DNA of 64,000 nucleotides, taken from assembly GCA_025935925.1 (NCBI GenBank), contig JAICUI010000001.1, positions 77,605 through 141,604 of the forward strand, read 5' to 3'. Position numbers and translations under genes: made by a program. Positions 1 through 9,871 of the stretch are shown piece after piece. Every line of letters starts with the position of its first letter. The first letter of the stretch is position 1. The DNA comes from Chloroflexota bacterium (lineage in GTDB: Bacteria > Chloroflexota > Limnocylindria > Limnocylindrales > CSP1-4). The notes beneath the pieces are model-generated. The model was not told the DNA's origin, did no database searches, and worked only from the letters and a program-made list of their open reading frames with translations.

Positions 1-246
1 CTCCTCGAGGAGCTGACCGACCGCCAGCGCGAGGTTGCCCGGCTGATCCTCGTCGAGGACCTGCGGCGCGCCGAGGCGGCCGAGCGGCTCGGCGTCAGTC
101 GCGCGACGGTCTCGGTGATCGCGGCGCGCGCCCGTGTCCGGCATATCGCGGCGCTGGCCACGGCCCTCGCCCGGACGTTCCGGGAGGGCGTCGAGCGCGC
201 GTCATCGGCCGCCGCGGAGTCGCCGATGCCCGCCGGTGCCGCATGA
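1..246 (+). CDS. 3' end of an ECF-type sigma-70 family factor (region 4 HTH), partial at the window start
   Basis: Frame 1 translates to LLEELTDRQREVARLILVEDLRRAEAAERLGVSRATVSVIAARAR..., a typical sigma-70 region 4. Stop TGA at 244-246 overlaps the next ATG (ATGA). Confidence 0.55.
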   Translation, partial: LLEELTDRQREVARLILVEDLRRAEAAERLGVSRATVSVIAARARVRHIAALATALARTFREGVERASSAAAESPMPAGAA

Positions 247-1367
247 CCGACACGGTCCTCATCCTGGCGTGGCTCGTGCTCGCGCACCTGGTCGCGGACT
301 TCGTCCTCCAGAACGACTGGATCGCGATCAACAAGGCGACCGGCGGCCGGAACGGCTGGGCCGCGCTGAGCGTGCACGGGTTCCACGTCGGCCTGTGCCT
401 GCTGCCGGTCATCGTCGCGTACGGCCTGCGCGGCCTCGTGTACCTCGTGGTCGTCGTGGGGACGCACATGGCGGTCGATCGCTGGAAGGTCCTTGCGACC
501 CGGAGGTCCGAGAAGCAGGCGCTCGAGGGGGCGCGGCGCCGGCATGCCGGGAAGCCCGATTCCACGCCGTCGGGGCTCGGCGTGGCATGGACGCCGTGGC
601 CCGGGATGCTGTTCGCGGCCGACCAGGCGCTGCACCTGACGATCGCGCTCGTCGGCTGGCTCGTCGTGCTTCAGGCTGCCACGCTGACGACCGTGTGGGT
701 CGACGTCGTCAACCGGGTCATCGGCAGCTTCGATCCGGCCACCGTTCACGCCGTCGTCCTGACGGGTGTCGTGCTCGTGTCGCTGTTCCTCGTCAACACG
801 CGGGCCGCGTACTACTTCGTGCTGGCGCTGGTATCGCCGCGCGAGATCCCCGAGACGTCGAAGGACCCGGCTGACGTGCAGCCCGTTGCGCCGCCGCCCG
901 AGCCCTCGGGGGTTCCGGAGCCCGTCGCGGCGCTGGCCGCCGTGGTATCCGGCGCCGTGGGGCAGGTCACGTCGGGTGCGGGTGGCGTCGCGGCGCCGGT
1001 CGCGGCCGCGAACGGCAACGGCAACGGCACCGCGCCCGACGGCGGCGGGGTCGGCGTCATGGCGGCGCCCGTGCGGCAGGCCGTGGTGGTCGCGGGCCCA
1101 CCCGCCCCGACGGCGCTGCCGAGCGGGGCGCCGGCGAGGATCGGCGCGACCATCGGTGCGTTCGAGCGGCTGCTGATCGTCGGCTTCATCCTGGTCAACG
1201 CGACGGCCGCCGTGGGCTTCGTCATCGCGGCCAAGACGATCGCCCGCTTCAAGCAGCTCGACGACCGCGGCTTCGCCGAGTACTACCTGCTCGGGACCCT
1301 CGCGAGCGTGACGGTGGCGATCGGCAGCGCGATCGTGGCGCAGGCGGCGCTGAACACCATCCCGTAG
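243..1367 (+). CDS. Integral membrane protein, possible ECF anti-sigma partner: DUF3307-like N-terminal TM domain, Ala/Pro/Gly-rich low-complexity middle, C-terminal TM helices
   Basis: 374-aa ORF with ATGA overlap to the upstream sigma gene. N-term LAHLVADFVLQNDW... is hydrophobic, and C-term has TM helices (LIVGFILVNATAAVGFVIAA). Confidence 0.55.
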   Translation: MTDTVLILAWLVLAHLVADFVLQNDWIAINKATGGRNGWAALSVHGFHVGLCLLPVIVAYGLRGLVYLVVVVGTHMAVDRWKVLATRRSEKQALEGARRRHAGKPDSTPSGLGVAWTPWPGMLFAADQALHLTIALVGWLVVLQAATLTTVWVDVVNRVIGSFDPATVHAVVLTGVVLVSLFLVNTRAAYYFVLALVSPREIPETSKDPADVQPVAPPPEPSGVPEPVAALAAVVSGAVGQVTSGAGGVAAPVAAANGNGNGTAPDGGGVGVMAAPVRQAVVVAGPPAPTALPSGAPARIGATIGAFERLLIVGFILVNATAAVGFVIAAKTIARFKQLDDRGFAEYYLLGTLASVTVAIGSAIVAQAALNTIP

Positions 1368-1376
1368 CGGGCGAGG

Positions 1377-3413
1377 TCAGACGAGGCGGCGGAGGATGCG
1401 CTCCTGCCACTCCCTCGCGAAGAAGGGCTCGCCGTCGAGGCGGACGTCCAGCGTGACGCCGACGTCGAACGCCTCCGCGTCCGAGACGATCCTGCCGCGT
1501 GCCCGGATATCCGCCTCGGACCCGAAGCCCGACCAGCGGTACACGACGTCGCTGTCGAGCGACGTGTGCGCGGGGTCGGGGTCCGAGGCCGTGAGGACCA
1601 GGCGCTCCGAGCTGTAGAGCCGCGAGCCGTCCTCCTGGGTGCTCGCGCCGCCCTCGAAGATCGTCACGGTCACCGTCCCGTGGAGGACGTCCTCCTCGAT
1701 CCGCCACTCCGGCTCGTCCTCCTCGGACGCGCCGACCTCGCGCATGGGCGAGGGCTCGGCACGGAACGCGGGCACCGGCGCGTCGACGACGTCGTCGGGC
1801 AGCACCGGCAGCTCGAGGCGCGACGGCGTCGAGCCGCCGAGGTGGACGCGCACCTCGCCTGCGAACGGCGATGGCCACAGGACCGGCCAGGACGAGGTGA
1901 GGATCGTGAGCCGGATCCGGTTGCCCGCCGTGAACCGGTAGCCCGACGTCCGGAGCGGCACGCGGACCTCGGTTGCGACCTCGGGAACCGGCGAGGGATC
2001 CGTGTCGCCGTCCCGGTGCGTCAGGTTCAGAACACCGGTCGCCACGAGCGATGACGCTCCCGTCATCGCGTCGACCTCCGACAGCCGCGCGACGACCGTC
2101 GCGACCGGCATCGACGCGGAGACGGAGAGCACTGCCTGCGGGACGCCGATGAGCGAGAAGCCGGTCTCGAGGGGCTCCGAGGTGTACGCGAGCCCGCGGG
2201 CCTCGTCGGGGCGCAGATCGCGGGCGAGCCCGTTGGGCGCCGAGCCCGCACCCCAGGACAGCGCGCCGCTCGTGCCGACGGTGGCCCGATGCGCGACCGC
2301 GTCCACGGATGGACGAGCCGGCGACACGCCCAGCCGGCCACGGTCCAGGATCAGGGTCCGCGTCGCGGCGCCGGCCACGGGGAAGGCACCCGCCGCACGC
2401 CACCGCCCCGGCCACGCGACGGGGAACGGCTCCGGGGCCGCGTACTCGCGCTCGAACCACACGATCGCCGGCTCGTCCTCCCAGCCGTTGTCGACGCCCT
2501 TGAGGTAGCGGTCGAAGAAGCGGACGAGCTCGTGCATCCAGTCGACGTTCGGGCCCGGGTAGGCATCGTCGGGGTACGAGTGGACCCAGTTGCCGACGAG
2601 CGTGCGGACCGAGACCGCCATCCGGCAGCGCTCCTGGATCCGGAACGCCGCGGCGACGTACGCGTCCGACCAGCCCGCCACCTGGAAGACCGCGCACTCG
2701 AGCGCGTCGTAGTCGGGCGCGAGCGACCCGCGCCGCCAGTAGGGCCCGTCGAGCTGCTCGCGGATCCAGGGGAACAGCCACGGCGGCGTCTGCTCGAGGC
2801 GCGCGAGCCAGTCGGCCTTCCAGGTGGAGCCCCGGAACGGCGGATGCGGCGGCATCGCGTTCATCCCCAGCTGGCTCACGGCGTACTGGCACTTCTCGCT
2901 CGCGGTGACGCAGCCGCCGCGGATGTGGACGTCGTCGCGATACCGGTCGTCGGTGGCGTACATCGGCAGGATCGCTCGCAGGTGCGGCGGGCGACGCTTC
3001 GCGACCTGGATCGACGTGAACCCGCCGTACGAGATGCCCCACATGCCGACGTCGCCGGTGCACCAGGGCTGGGTCGCCAGCCACTCGACCGCGTCGTACC
3101 CGTCGATGGTCTCGGCCTCGGTGTACTCGTCGAGCGCGATGCCCTCCGAAGAGCCCGTGCCGCGGACGTCGAGCCGGCACAGCGCGAAGCCCCGCGCGGC
3201 CAGCCACTCGCCGCGCGCCGTGTCCGTGTTCCGGCGCCAGCTGTCCTTGCCGTACGGGATCATCTCCAGGATGACCGGGAACCGCTCGTCCACGGCATCC
3301 GGCCGAGGCCGCGGCAGCCACAGGTTGGCCGACAGCGCGATGCCGTCCCGGGCCGGGATCCGGACATCCCAGCGGACCTCGGCGTCGTACACCGGCTCGC
3401 TGACCTCGGGCAT
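1377..3413 (-). CDS. CocE/NonD family hydrolase (S15 X-Pro dipeptidyl-peptidase-like alpha/beta hydrolase)
   Basis: 678 aa with ATG at 3411-3413. Motifs PVILEMIPYGKD, LDVRGTGSSEG and GISYGG are typical of CocE/NonD. Confidence 0.9.
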   Translation of the reverse strand: MPEVSEPVYDAEVRWDVRIPARDGIALSANLWLPRPRPDAVDERFPVILEMIPYGKDSWRRNTDTARGEWLAARGFALCRLDVRGTGSSEGIALDEYTEAETIDGYDAVEWLATQPWCTGDVGMWGISYGGFTSIQVAKRRPPHLRAILPMYATDDRYRDDVHIRGGCVTASEKCQYAVSQLGMNAMPPHPPFRGSTWKADWLARLEQTPPWLFPWIREQLDGPYWRRGSLAPDYDALECAVFQVAGWSDAYVAAAFRIQERCRMAVSVRTLVGNWVHSYPDDAYPGPNVDWMHELVRFFDRYLKGVDNGWEDEPAIVWFEREYAAPEPFPVAWPGRWRAAGAFPVAGAATRTLILDRGRLGVSPARPSVDAVAHRATVGTSGALSWGAGSAPNGLARDLRPDEARGLAYTSEPLETGFSLIGVPQAVLSVSASMPVATVVARLSEVDAMTGASSLVATGVLNLTHRDGDTDPSPVPEVATEVRVPLRTSGYRFTAGNRIRLTILTSSWPVLWPSPFAGEVRVHLGGSTPSRLELPVLPDDVVDAPVPAFRAEPSPMREVGASEEDEPEWRIEEDVLHGTVTVTIFEGGASTQEDGSRLYSSERLVLTASDPDPAHTSLDSDVVYRWSGFGSEADIRARGRIVSDAEAFDVGVTLDVRLDGEPFFAREWQERILRRLV

Positions 3414-3461
3414 CGACGGAGTCTAGAGGCGCCGCGCGGCACAGCGGGTACCGTGGTGCGG

Positions 3462-4049
3462 ATGCCCGAACTGCCCCAGCCGCCCGAACCGTTCGAGCCC
3501 GTCGACGTCGGTCCGTGGCGCCGCCGGTCGCGCCGCGTCGCCTACGAGAACCCATGGATCCGGATCGACCACGACGAGGTCGTCCGACCGGACGGCAGCC
3601 CGGGCATCTATGGCGTCATCCACTTCAGCAACGCGGCGATCGGCGTGGTGGCCGTGGGCGGTGACGGCCGGATCCTGCTCGTGGGCCAGCACCGGTATCC
3701 GCTCGATCGCTACAGCTGGGAGCTGCCGGAGGGCGGCTCGCCGCTCGACGAGGAGCCGGAGGAGGGCGCGCGCCGCGAGCTGGCGGAGGAGACCGGCTAC
3801 GAGGCCGGCTCGATCCGCGAGCTGTTCCGGTTCTCGCTGTCGAACTCCGTCAGCGACGAGATCGGGGTGATCTACCTCGCGACCGAGCTCGTCGAGGGGG
3901 AGGCGCACCCGGAGCCGACCGAGGACCTGACGGTCCGCTGGGCGACGCTGGACGAGGTGCTGGCGGAGATCGACGCCGGCGACATCCACGACCTCATGAC
4001 GATCGCCGGCGTGTCGCGCTACGCGGTCGAGGCCCGCGTCACGCGATGA
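3462..4049 (+). CDS. NUDIX hydrolase (ADP-ribose pyrophosphatase-like)
   Basis: In-frame ATG at 3462. Nudix box is GGSPLDEEPEEGARRELAEETGYEA. Confidence 0.85.
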   Translation: MPELPQPPEPFEPVDVGPWRRRSRRVAYENPWIRIDHDEVVRPDGSPGIYGVIHFSNAAIGVVAVGGDGRILLVGQHRYPLDRYSWELPEGGSPLDEEPEEGARRELAEETGYEAGSIRELFRFSLSNSVSDEIGVIYLATELVEGEAHPEPTEDLTVRWATLDEVLAEIDAGDIHDLMTIAGVSRYAVEARVTR

Positions 4050-4401
4050 CCGTGCCCTGGTGATACAGGGCCACCCAGTTCTCGCCGGCGCGCCGCCAGA
4101 CCGTGACCCGGCGGCTCAGCCGGTCCGACTGCCGGAGGCGGTACGTGACGAGCCAGATCCCGTCGCCGATGGCCCGGCAGGCGAAGTCGTCGAGGTCGAG
4201 GCCGGCCATCGGGACGTAGTGCGGGTCCGCATAGCGGTGCTCGAGCGTGTCGAGCACGTCGTCGCGTGCGTAGATCGCGCCCGAGGCGCCCACCTCCCAG
4301 AACGTGTCCGCGATCATCGCCGCGAACGCGGCGCGGGTCGTGCCCGGCGGCGCTCGATGGAAGATCGGCTCGAGGTCGCGGAGCTCGGCGTCGGCGTCCA
4401 T
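4039..4401 (-). CDS. DUF4440 / SnoaL-like (NTF2 fold) protein
   Basis: 120-aa tail of a long ORF, starting MDADAELRDLEPIFHR, with ATG at 4399-4401. The rest of the 756-aa ORF is antisense to the ABC-transporter SBP gene. Confidence 0.7.
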   Translation of the reverse strand: MDADAELRDLEPIFHRAPPGTTRAAFAAMIADTFWEVGASGAIYARDDVLDTLEHRYADPHYVPMAGLDLDDFACRAIGDGIWLVTYRLRQSDRLSRRVTVWRRAGENWVALYHQGTVIA

Positions 4402-4578
4402 CGGCGTCGAGTCTAGGACCGCCTGAGCACGGAACGCACGGCCCGCACGCCGAGCCAGTCCCGGGCCCGATCGCCCCCGGGACCGTCGAGGATCACGGTC
4501 CTCGGGCTGGACATCGCGGCTCGGACGTCGTCGGCGCGGCCGGCGTGCCAGCCCCGTCGCGCAGGTGGCGCGCCCGTA

Positions 4579-4618
4579 CGATGACGCGAGTGTCATCGCA
4601 GCCGGAAGGTACTCCGGA
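4579..4618. repeat. Copy A of a ~40-bp conserved element: GATGACGCGAGTGTCATCGCAGCCGGAAGG with nested inverted repeats
   Basis: Near-identical (about 23/27 core bases) to 28957-28997. Contains IR GATGAC-N6-GTCATC and CCGGA-N6-TCCGG. Lies ~230 nt upstream of the SBP ATG, in a divergent intergenic region. Confidence 0.5.
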
Positions 4619-4809
4619 ACGTCGATCGAACGCCTGGATGCCGCGTTCCGCGCCGACCGTCCCGCGCTGCGCGAGCGCCGCCCGGCGCGGTGACCCATAT
4701 TTGCGACGCCCCGCGCGCTGTGCCACGCTCCGCGCTGACCTGTCGCCCCATGGCGCCCGCCGCCGTCCCGCTGGGTCGCGACGGGTCGAGGACTCGAGGA
4801 GGAGACCCG

Positions 4810-6756
4810 ATGTCCCAGCCCACGCGCACGAGGCTCGTGCGCCTGGCCGGTGCGATCGCGCTCGGCGCGTCGCTCCTGCTGCCCACCGCGGCGCCCGCCG
4901 GGGCCGCGGATCCCGTCGTCCTGACGGTCGGCACGACCCAGGACCTGGACGCGTCCAACCCGTTCAACACCGCGCTCGTGAGCGGGTACGAGGTCTTCCA
5001 GCTGACCTACAACCTGCTGGTCGAGTTCGACAAGGACGCGCATCCGGCGCCGGGCTTCGCCGACTCCTGGGAGCGGTCGCCCGACAAGGTCACGTTCCAC
5101 ATCCGGGACGGGATGACGTTCTCCGACGGCAGCGCGGCGACCTCCAAGGACGTGTGCTTCTCGTGGGGCCTCGCGATGGACGCGATCAAGCACGACGCGA
5201 ACATCGGCTACGGCTACCTCGACCCGGGCGTCAAGGACGCCGGCGTGACGAAGATCGAGTGCCCGGACCCGAGCACGTTCGTCGCCTACACCACCGACCA
5301 GTCCGACCGGATCTTCCAGGTGTACGTCCCGATCCTGCCGCAGCACGTCTGGAGCAAGTTCGACTACAAGTCCATCGCGGACCAGAAGTTCGACCCGCCG
5401 CTCGTCGGAAGCGGTCCGTACACGCTCCAGGAGTGGAAGACCGGCCAGTACGCGCGGTTCGTCCGCAACCCGAGCTACTGGGGCAACAAGGGTTTCGCGG
5501 ACGAGGTCGTCATCCGCTTCTTCCCGGACCAGACCGACGTCATGGTCCAGGCGTTGAAGTCCGGCGAGGTCGATTACGCGCACGACGTCAATCCGGACCA
5601 GTTCAAGGCGCTCGGCGCCGACCCGACGTACACCGCCGTGGCGGGCAAGGCGAACGGCTGGAGCCAGCTCGCGTTCAACACGTACGGCACCGGCACGGGC
5701 AAGACGATCAAGGACGGCGGACCGTCCACCAAGGCGCTCCTCGACCCGGCGTTCCGCGACGCGCTCGGCTACGCCGTCGACCGCCAGGCGCTCGTCGACC
5801 GCGTCCTCGGCGGCTACGGCGACGTGGGCACGACCATGGTGCCGCCCGTCCTGTCCGACTGGCACGTCGAGCCCGACCGTCCCCGCCACTTCGACATCGA
5901 GCTCGCGAAGCAGAAGCTCGACGCCGCGGGCTACAAGCTCGACGCGAACGGCAAGCGCCTCGACAAGGAGGGCAAGCCGATCACGCTCCGGCTCGACCAC
6001 CCGAACACGAACGACAGCTACGCGAAGTCGGCGCAGTTCGTGAAGGAGTGGTACGGCCAGCTGGGCATCGACGTGGTCGTCCAGAGCCTCGACAGCGACA
6101 CGCTGAGCAACCTCATCCTGCCGCCGCCCGACGGGAAGGCGGACTACGACATCGAGCTCTGGGGCTGGAGCGGCAACCCGGACCCGAACGGCCTCACGAT
6201 CGTGTTCCGGTGCGACCAGATCGACAACCTGTCGGACAGCCAGTACTGCAACCCGGACTACGACAAGCTGTACGACCAGAACACGCAGGAAGCGGGCGCC
6301 CAGCGCCACGACACCCTCGCGAAGATGCAGAACCTGATCTACGACGAGGCGCCGTACGACATCCTGTACTACGACTCGAACCTGGACGTGTATCGCAACG
6401 ACCGGTTCGCGGGCTGGCAGAACATGCCCGCCAACGGGACGCCGTTCTTCACCTACGGGCCGCTCGACTACACGCTCCTGACCGATGCCACCGCCGCGCC
6501 GTCGGCCACGCCGCCGCCGTCCGCCGACGCGGGCGCCAGCGCGAGCCCCGTGGCGGGGAGCCCGGCCGCCCCGACGACCGCGTCCGGGGCATCAGCGGCC
6601 CCGACCACGGCACCTTCCGGCGGCGAGTCGACCACCGGCTCGAGCTCCAACACGCCGTTGCTGCTCGGGGTGGTCGTGCTCGCGGTGATCGTCATCGTCG
6701 CCGGGTTCGTGTGGACGCGGCGGCGGCGCGCCGGGGGCGTCGACGACGACGAGTAG
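4810..6756 (+). CDS. ABC transporter substrate-binding protein, family 5 (peptide/nickel type), with Thr/Pro/Ser-rich linker and C-terminal TM anchor
   Basis: GGAGGA RBS then ATG at 4810. Has a signal peptide and SBP_bac_5-like body. C-term is ...SSNTPLLLGVVVLAVIVIVAGFVWTRRRR. Confidence 0.9.
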   Translation: MSQPTRTRLVRLAGAIALGASLLLPTAAPAGAADPVVLTVGTTQDLDASNPFNTALVSGYEVFQLTYNLLVEFDKDAHPAPGFADSWERSPDKVTFHIRDGMTFSDGSAATSKDVCFSWGLAMDAIKHDANIGYGYLDPGVKDAGVTKIECPDPSTFVAYTTDQSDRIFQVYVPILPQHVWSKFDYKSIADQKFDPPLVGSGPYTLQEWKTGQYARFVRNPSYWGNKGFADEVVIRFFPDQTDVMVQALKSGEVDYAHDVNPDQFKALGADPTYTAVAGKANGWSQLAFNTYGTGTGKTIKDGGPSTKALLDPAFRDALGYAVDRQALVDRVLGGYGDVGTTMVPPVLSDWHVEPDRPRHFDIELAKQKLDAAGYKLDANGKRLDKEGKPITLRLDHPNTNDSYAKSAQFVKEWYGQLGIDVVVQSLDSDTLSNLILPPPDGKADYDIELWGWSGNPDPNGLTIVFRCDQIDNLSDSQYCNPDYDKLYDQNTQEAGAQRHDTLAKMQNLIYDEAPYDILYYDSNLDVYRNDRFAGWQNMPANGTPFFTYGPLDYTLLTDATAAPSATPPPSADAGASASPVAGSPAAPTTASGASAAPTTAPSGGESTTGSSSNTPLLLGVVVLAVIVIVAGFVWTRRRRAGGVDDDE

Positions 6757-6834
6757 CTCGCACCGGCCCGCCGTGCATCACCGGGCGGGGGTCGCGTCCC
6801 GCGATCCCCGCCCGATCGCGCCTCGCGGAGACGC

Positions 6835-7803
6835 GTGAGCGCGCACTACATCCTGCGCAAGCTCGTGCAGGCGATCCTCACGATCGTGGCGATCGTCGCG
6901 CTCAACTTCGTCCTGTTCCGGATGATGCCCGGGTCGCCGGAGCGCGCCACCAAGAACCCCCACCTGACGCCGGAGTTCATCGCCGCCGAGCGGGCCAAGT
7001 GGGGCCTGGACAAGCCGCTGTTCCCCGACCAGCTGGTGGCGTTCGCCATCTCGACCGCGCAGGGTGACCTCGGCTACTCGATCAAGTACCGGGGCCAGCC
7101 CGTCGTCGAGGTCGTGGCCGATGCCGCCGGCCCGACCGTGCTGCTGATCGGGATCGGCGAGGCGATCGCCATCGTCGTCGGCCTCTGGCTCGGAGCGAGA
7201 TCCGGCTGGCGGCGCGGCGGGGTCATGGACCGCATCGGGAACTCGCTGAGCCTGATCTTCTACTCGATGCCCTACTTCGTCATCGGCATGCCGCTGATCA
7301 TCATCTTCGCCGCGGGCCTGGGCTGGTTCCCCACCTCGGGCATGACGACGCCGGGCGGCGACAAGGGCCCGGCCGAGGCGCTGTTCGACCTCGGCCGCCA
7401 CCTCGTGCTGCCGGTCACGGCGGTGGCCCTCGGGCTCATCGGCGCGTACTCGATCCTGATGCGCTCGTCCATCGTCGAGACACGCTCCGAGGACTACATC
7501 ACCACCGCCCGGGCCAAGGGGCTGCCCGACGCGCTGGTGCTCCGGTCGCATGCCTTCCCGAACGCCCTGCTCCCGATGGTGACGCTCATCGCGATCAACC
7601 TCGGCTACGTCGTCGCCGGCGCGATCACCGCCGAGATCGTGTTCAACTGGCCCGGCCTCGGGCTGCTGACGGTCCAGGCGCTCGACGCCCGCGACTACCC
7701 GCTGCTGCAGGCGATCTTCCTGCTCATCGCGGTGTCGGTCGTGTTCGCGAACTTCGCGGCCGACATCGTGTACGGCTACCTCGACCCCCGGGTGCGCGCG
7801 TGA
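6835..7803 (+). CDS. ABC transporter permease (DppB/OppB/NikB-like)
   Basis: GTG start, 322 aa, multi-TM BPD_transp_1-like. Confidence 0.9.
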   Translation: MSAHYILRKLVQAILTIVAIVALNFVLFRMMPGSPERATKNPHLTPEFIAAERAKWGLDKPLFPDQLVAFAISTAQGDLGYSIKYRGQPVVEVVADAAGPTVLLIGIGEAIAIVVGLWLGARSGWRRGGVMDRIGNSLSLIFYSMPYFVIGMPLIIIFAAGLGWFPTSGMTTPGGDKGPAEALFDLGRHLVLPVTAVALGLIGAYSILMRSSIVETRSEDYITTARAKGLPDALVLRSHAFPNALLPMVTLIAINLGYVVAGAITAEIVFNWPGLGLLTVQALDARDYPLLQAIFLLIAVSVVFANFAADIVYGYLDPRVRA

Positions 7804-8753
7804 GCCTCCAGCCGATCGCCGGCACCACGGACCTCGGCGTCGGACGCTGGACGACGACCGGCCGCCGCGCGCGGACGTTCGTGGGCAGGCTCCTCGGCCG
7901 GACCGACGGCCTCGTCGGCGTCGTGATCCTCGCGTTCTTCACCGTGATCGCGCTGTTCCCGTCGGTGTTCGTCGGGCCGCTCGAAGGCGTCCTGTCCGCC
8001 ACCGGGCAGCCGCTCGACTCGCCGAGCCTGGCCTACCCGTTCGGCACCGACGAGCTGGGCCGCGACCTGCTCAACCTGACGGTGCACGGCGCCCGGATCT
8101 CGATGGTGATCGGCCTGCTGGCCACGATCATCACCGTCGTCATCGGGTCGACCGTCGGGATCGTCGCCGGGTACGTCGGCGGGGTCGTCGACAACGTCCT
8201 CATGCGGATCACGGACTTCTTCCTCGTCCTGCCGACGATCGTCCTCGCGCTGATCCTGGCGCCGATCATCCTCGACGTCATCGGCGCCCAGGCGGAGCTG
8301 TTCGGCATCCGGTCGACGCTGCTCGTCATCGTCATCGTCATCGGCCTCACGTCGTGGGCGACGACGGCGCGCGTGATCCGGAGCCAGGTGCTGTCCGTGA
8401 AGGAGCGGATGTTCGTGGACCGCGCGCGGGTCATCGGCTCCGGCGGCGGCCAGATCATGCGCCGGCACATCCTGCCCAACGTCGTGAACCTGATCGTCGC
8501 GCAGTCGGTCCTGACGTTTGCCACCGCCGTGTTCACCGAGACGACGCTCGCGTTCATCGGCCTCGGCGATCCGGCGGCGCCATCGTGGGGCCAGATCCTC
8601 AACAACGCGCAGTCCGCGGGGGCGCCGGGCCTCGGGGCGTGGTGGTACATCGTGCCGCCCGCGGCGGCCGTCGTCCTCGTCGTGCTCGCGTTCACGCTGC
8701 TCGGCAACGCGCTCGACGACGTGCTCAACCCGAAGATGCTCGGCCGGCGATGA
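7800..8753 (+). CDS. ABC transporter permease (DppC/OppC/NikC-like)
   Basis: GTGA overlap with the upstream permease, 317 aa, multi-TM. Confidence 0.9.
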   Translation: MSLQPIAGTTDLGVGRWTTTGRRARTFVGRLLGRTDGLVGVVILAFFTVIALFPSVFVGPLEGVLSATGQPLDSPSLAYPFGTDELGRDLLNLTVHGARISMVIGLLATIITVVIGSTVGIVAGYVGGVVDNVLMRITDFFLVLPTIVLALILAPIILDVIGAQAELFGIRSTLLVIVIVIGLTSWATTARVIRSQVLSVKERMFVDRARVIGSGGGQIMRRHILPNVVNLIVAQSVLTFATAVFTETTLAFIGLGDPAAPSWGQILNNAQSAGAPGLGAWWYIVPPAAAVVLVVLAFTLLGNALDDVLNPKMLGRR

Positions 8754-9871
8754 CGGGCGTCCGAGAGCCCGGCGCGGTGTCCGCGACGCGCGGGCGGCGG
8801 CAGGTGCCGCTGCCGAGGCTCGCCGACCCGGCCGCGCCGCTGCTGGTGGTCGAGGACCTCGCGGTCCGGTTCAGCCTGCCGTCGGGGAGCGTCAAGGCCG
8901 TCGACGGCGTGTCGTTCCGGCTCGACGACGGCGAGGCGCTGGGGATCGCGGGTGAGTCGGGTTGCGGGAAGACGACCACCGCGCTGTCGCTCGTCCGGCT
9001 GCTGCCGGCGAACGGGCGGATCCGGAGCGGCTCGGTGAAGCTGTTCGGGATCGATCTCGTGCCCAAGACCGAGAAGCAGCTCGCCCGCTACCGGTGGCGT
9101 GAGATCTCGATCGTGTTCCAGGGCGCGATGAACGCGCTGAACCCGGTGCGGCGCGTGGGCGACCAGATCGCCGAGCCGATCGAGGTCCGGCTCGGCCGGT
9201 CGCGGGACGCGTCGCGGAAGCGGGCCGCCGAGCTGCTGGACCTCGTCGGCATCCCCGGCCAGCGCGCGTCCGCGTACCCGCACGAGCTGTCGGGCGGGAT
9301 GCGCCAGCGGGCGATGATCGCCATGGCGCTCGCGTGCGACCCGGCGATCGTCATCGGCGACGAGCCCACGACGGCGCTCGACGTCATGGTCCAGGCCCAG
9401 ATCCTGCAGCTGCTGGAGCGGCTGCGACGCGAGCTCGGGCTGTCGCTGATTCTGATCACCCACGACCTGTCGGTGATCGCCGAGACGTGCGACCGCGTCA
9501 TGGTCATGTACGCGGGCAAGGTCGCCGAGGAGGGGCCGGTCACGCGCGTGTTCACGGCGCCCCGCCACCCGTACACGCAGAAGCTGCTGTCGTCGTTCCC
9601 GAACATCCACGCCGACCGGCGGACGCTCGACGTCATCCCCGGGCAGCCGCCCGACCTGCGGAACCCGCCGCCCGGCTGCCGGTTCGCGGCACGCTGCCCG
9701 TTCGTGATGGACGTGTGCCGCGAGGTCGTGCCGCCGGAGGTCACGTTCGGCGACGGCGTCCGGGTCGCGTGCCACCTCTACCCCGGTCGTGACGCGGCCG
9801 GGCCGCCACCCCGGGTCGTGGGCGCCACGCGGACGTGCGACGCCGCCAGCTCCACCGACCCGGCGCCATGA
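8750..9871 (+). CDS. ABC transporter ATP-binding protein (DppD/OppD/NikD-like)
   Basis: ATGA overlap. Has Walker A GESGCGKTT, signature LSGGMRQR and an oligopeptide C-terminal domain. Confidence 0.9.
   Translation: MTGVREPGAVSATRGRRQVPLPRLADPAAPLLVVEDLAVRFSLPSGSVKAVDGVSFRLDDGEALGIAGESGCGKTTTALSLVRLLPANGRIRSGSVKLFGIDLVPKTEKQLARYRWREISIVFQGAMNALNPVRRVGDQIAEPIEVRLGRSRDASRKRAAELLDLVGIPGQRASAYPHELSGGMRQRAMIAMALACDPAIVIGDEPTTALDVMVQAQILQLLERLRRELGLSLILITHDLSVIAETCDRVMVMYAGKVAEEGPVTRVFTAPRHPYTQKLLSSFPNIHADRRTLDVIPGQPPDLRNPPPGCRFAARCPFVMDVCREVVPPEVTFGDGVRVACHLYPGRDAAGPPPRVVGATRTCDAASSTDPAP

Noticed and set aside
1249-3555. 768-aa Arg/Gly/Ala-rich ORF
   Set aside because: Alternative frame on the same strand overlapping the CocE/NonD gene. 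Low-complexity composition typical of spurious open frames in ~72% GC DNA.
4266-7067. 933-aa Arg/Pro-rich ORF
   Set aside because: Overlaps the well-supported SBP gene in another frame. Extreme Arg/Pro bias means a GC artefact.
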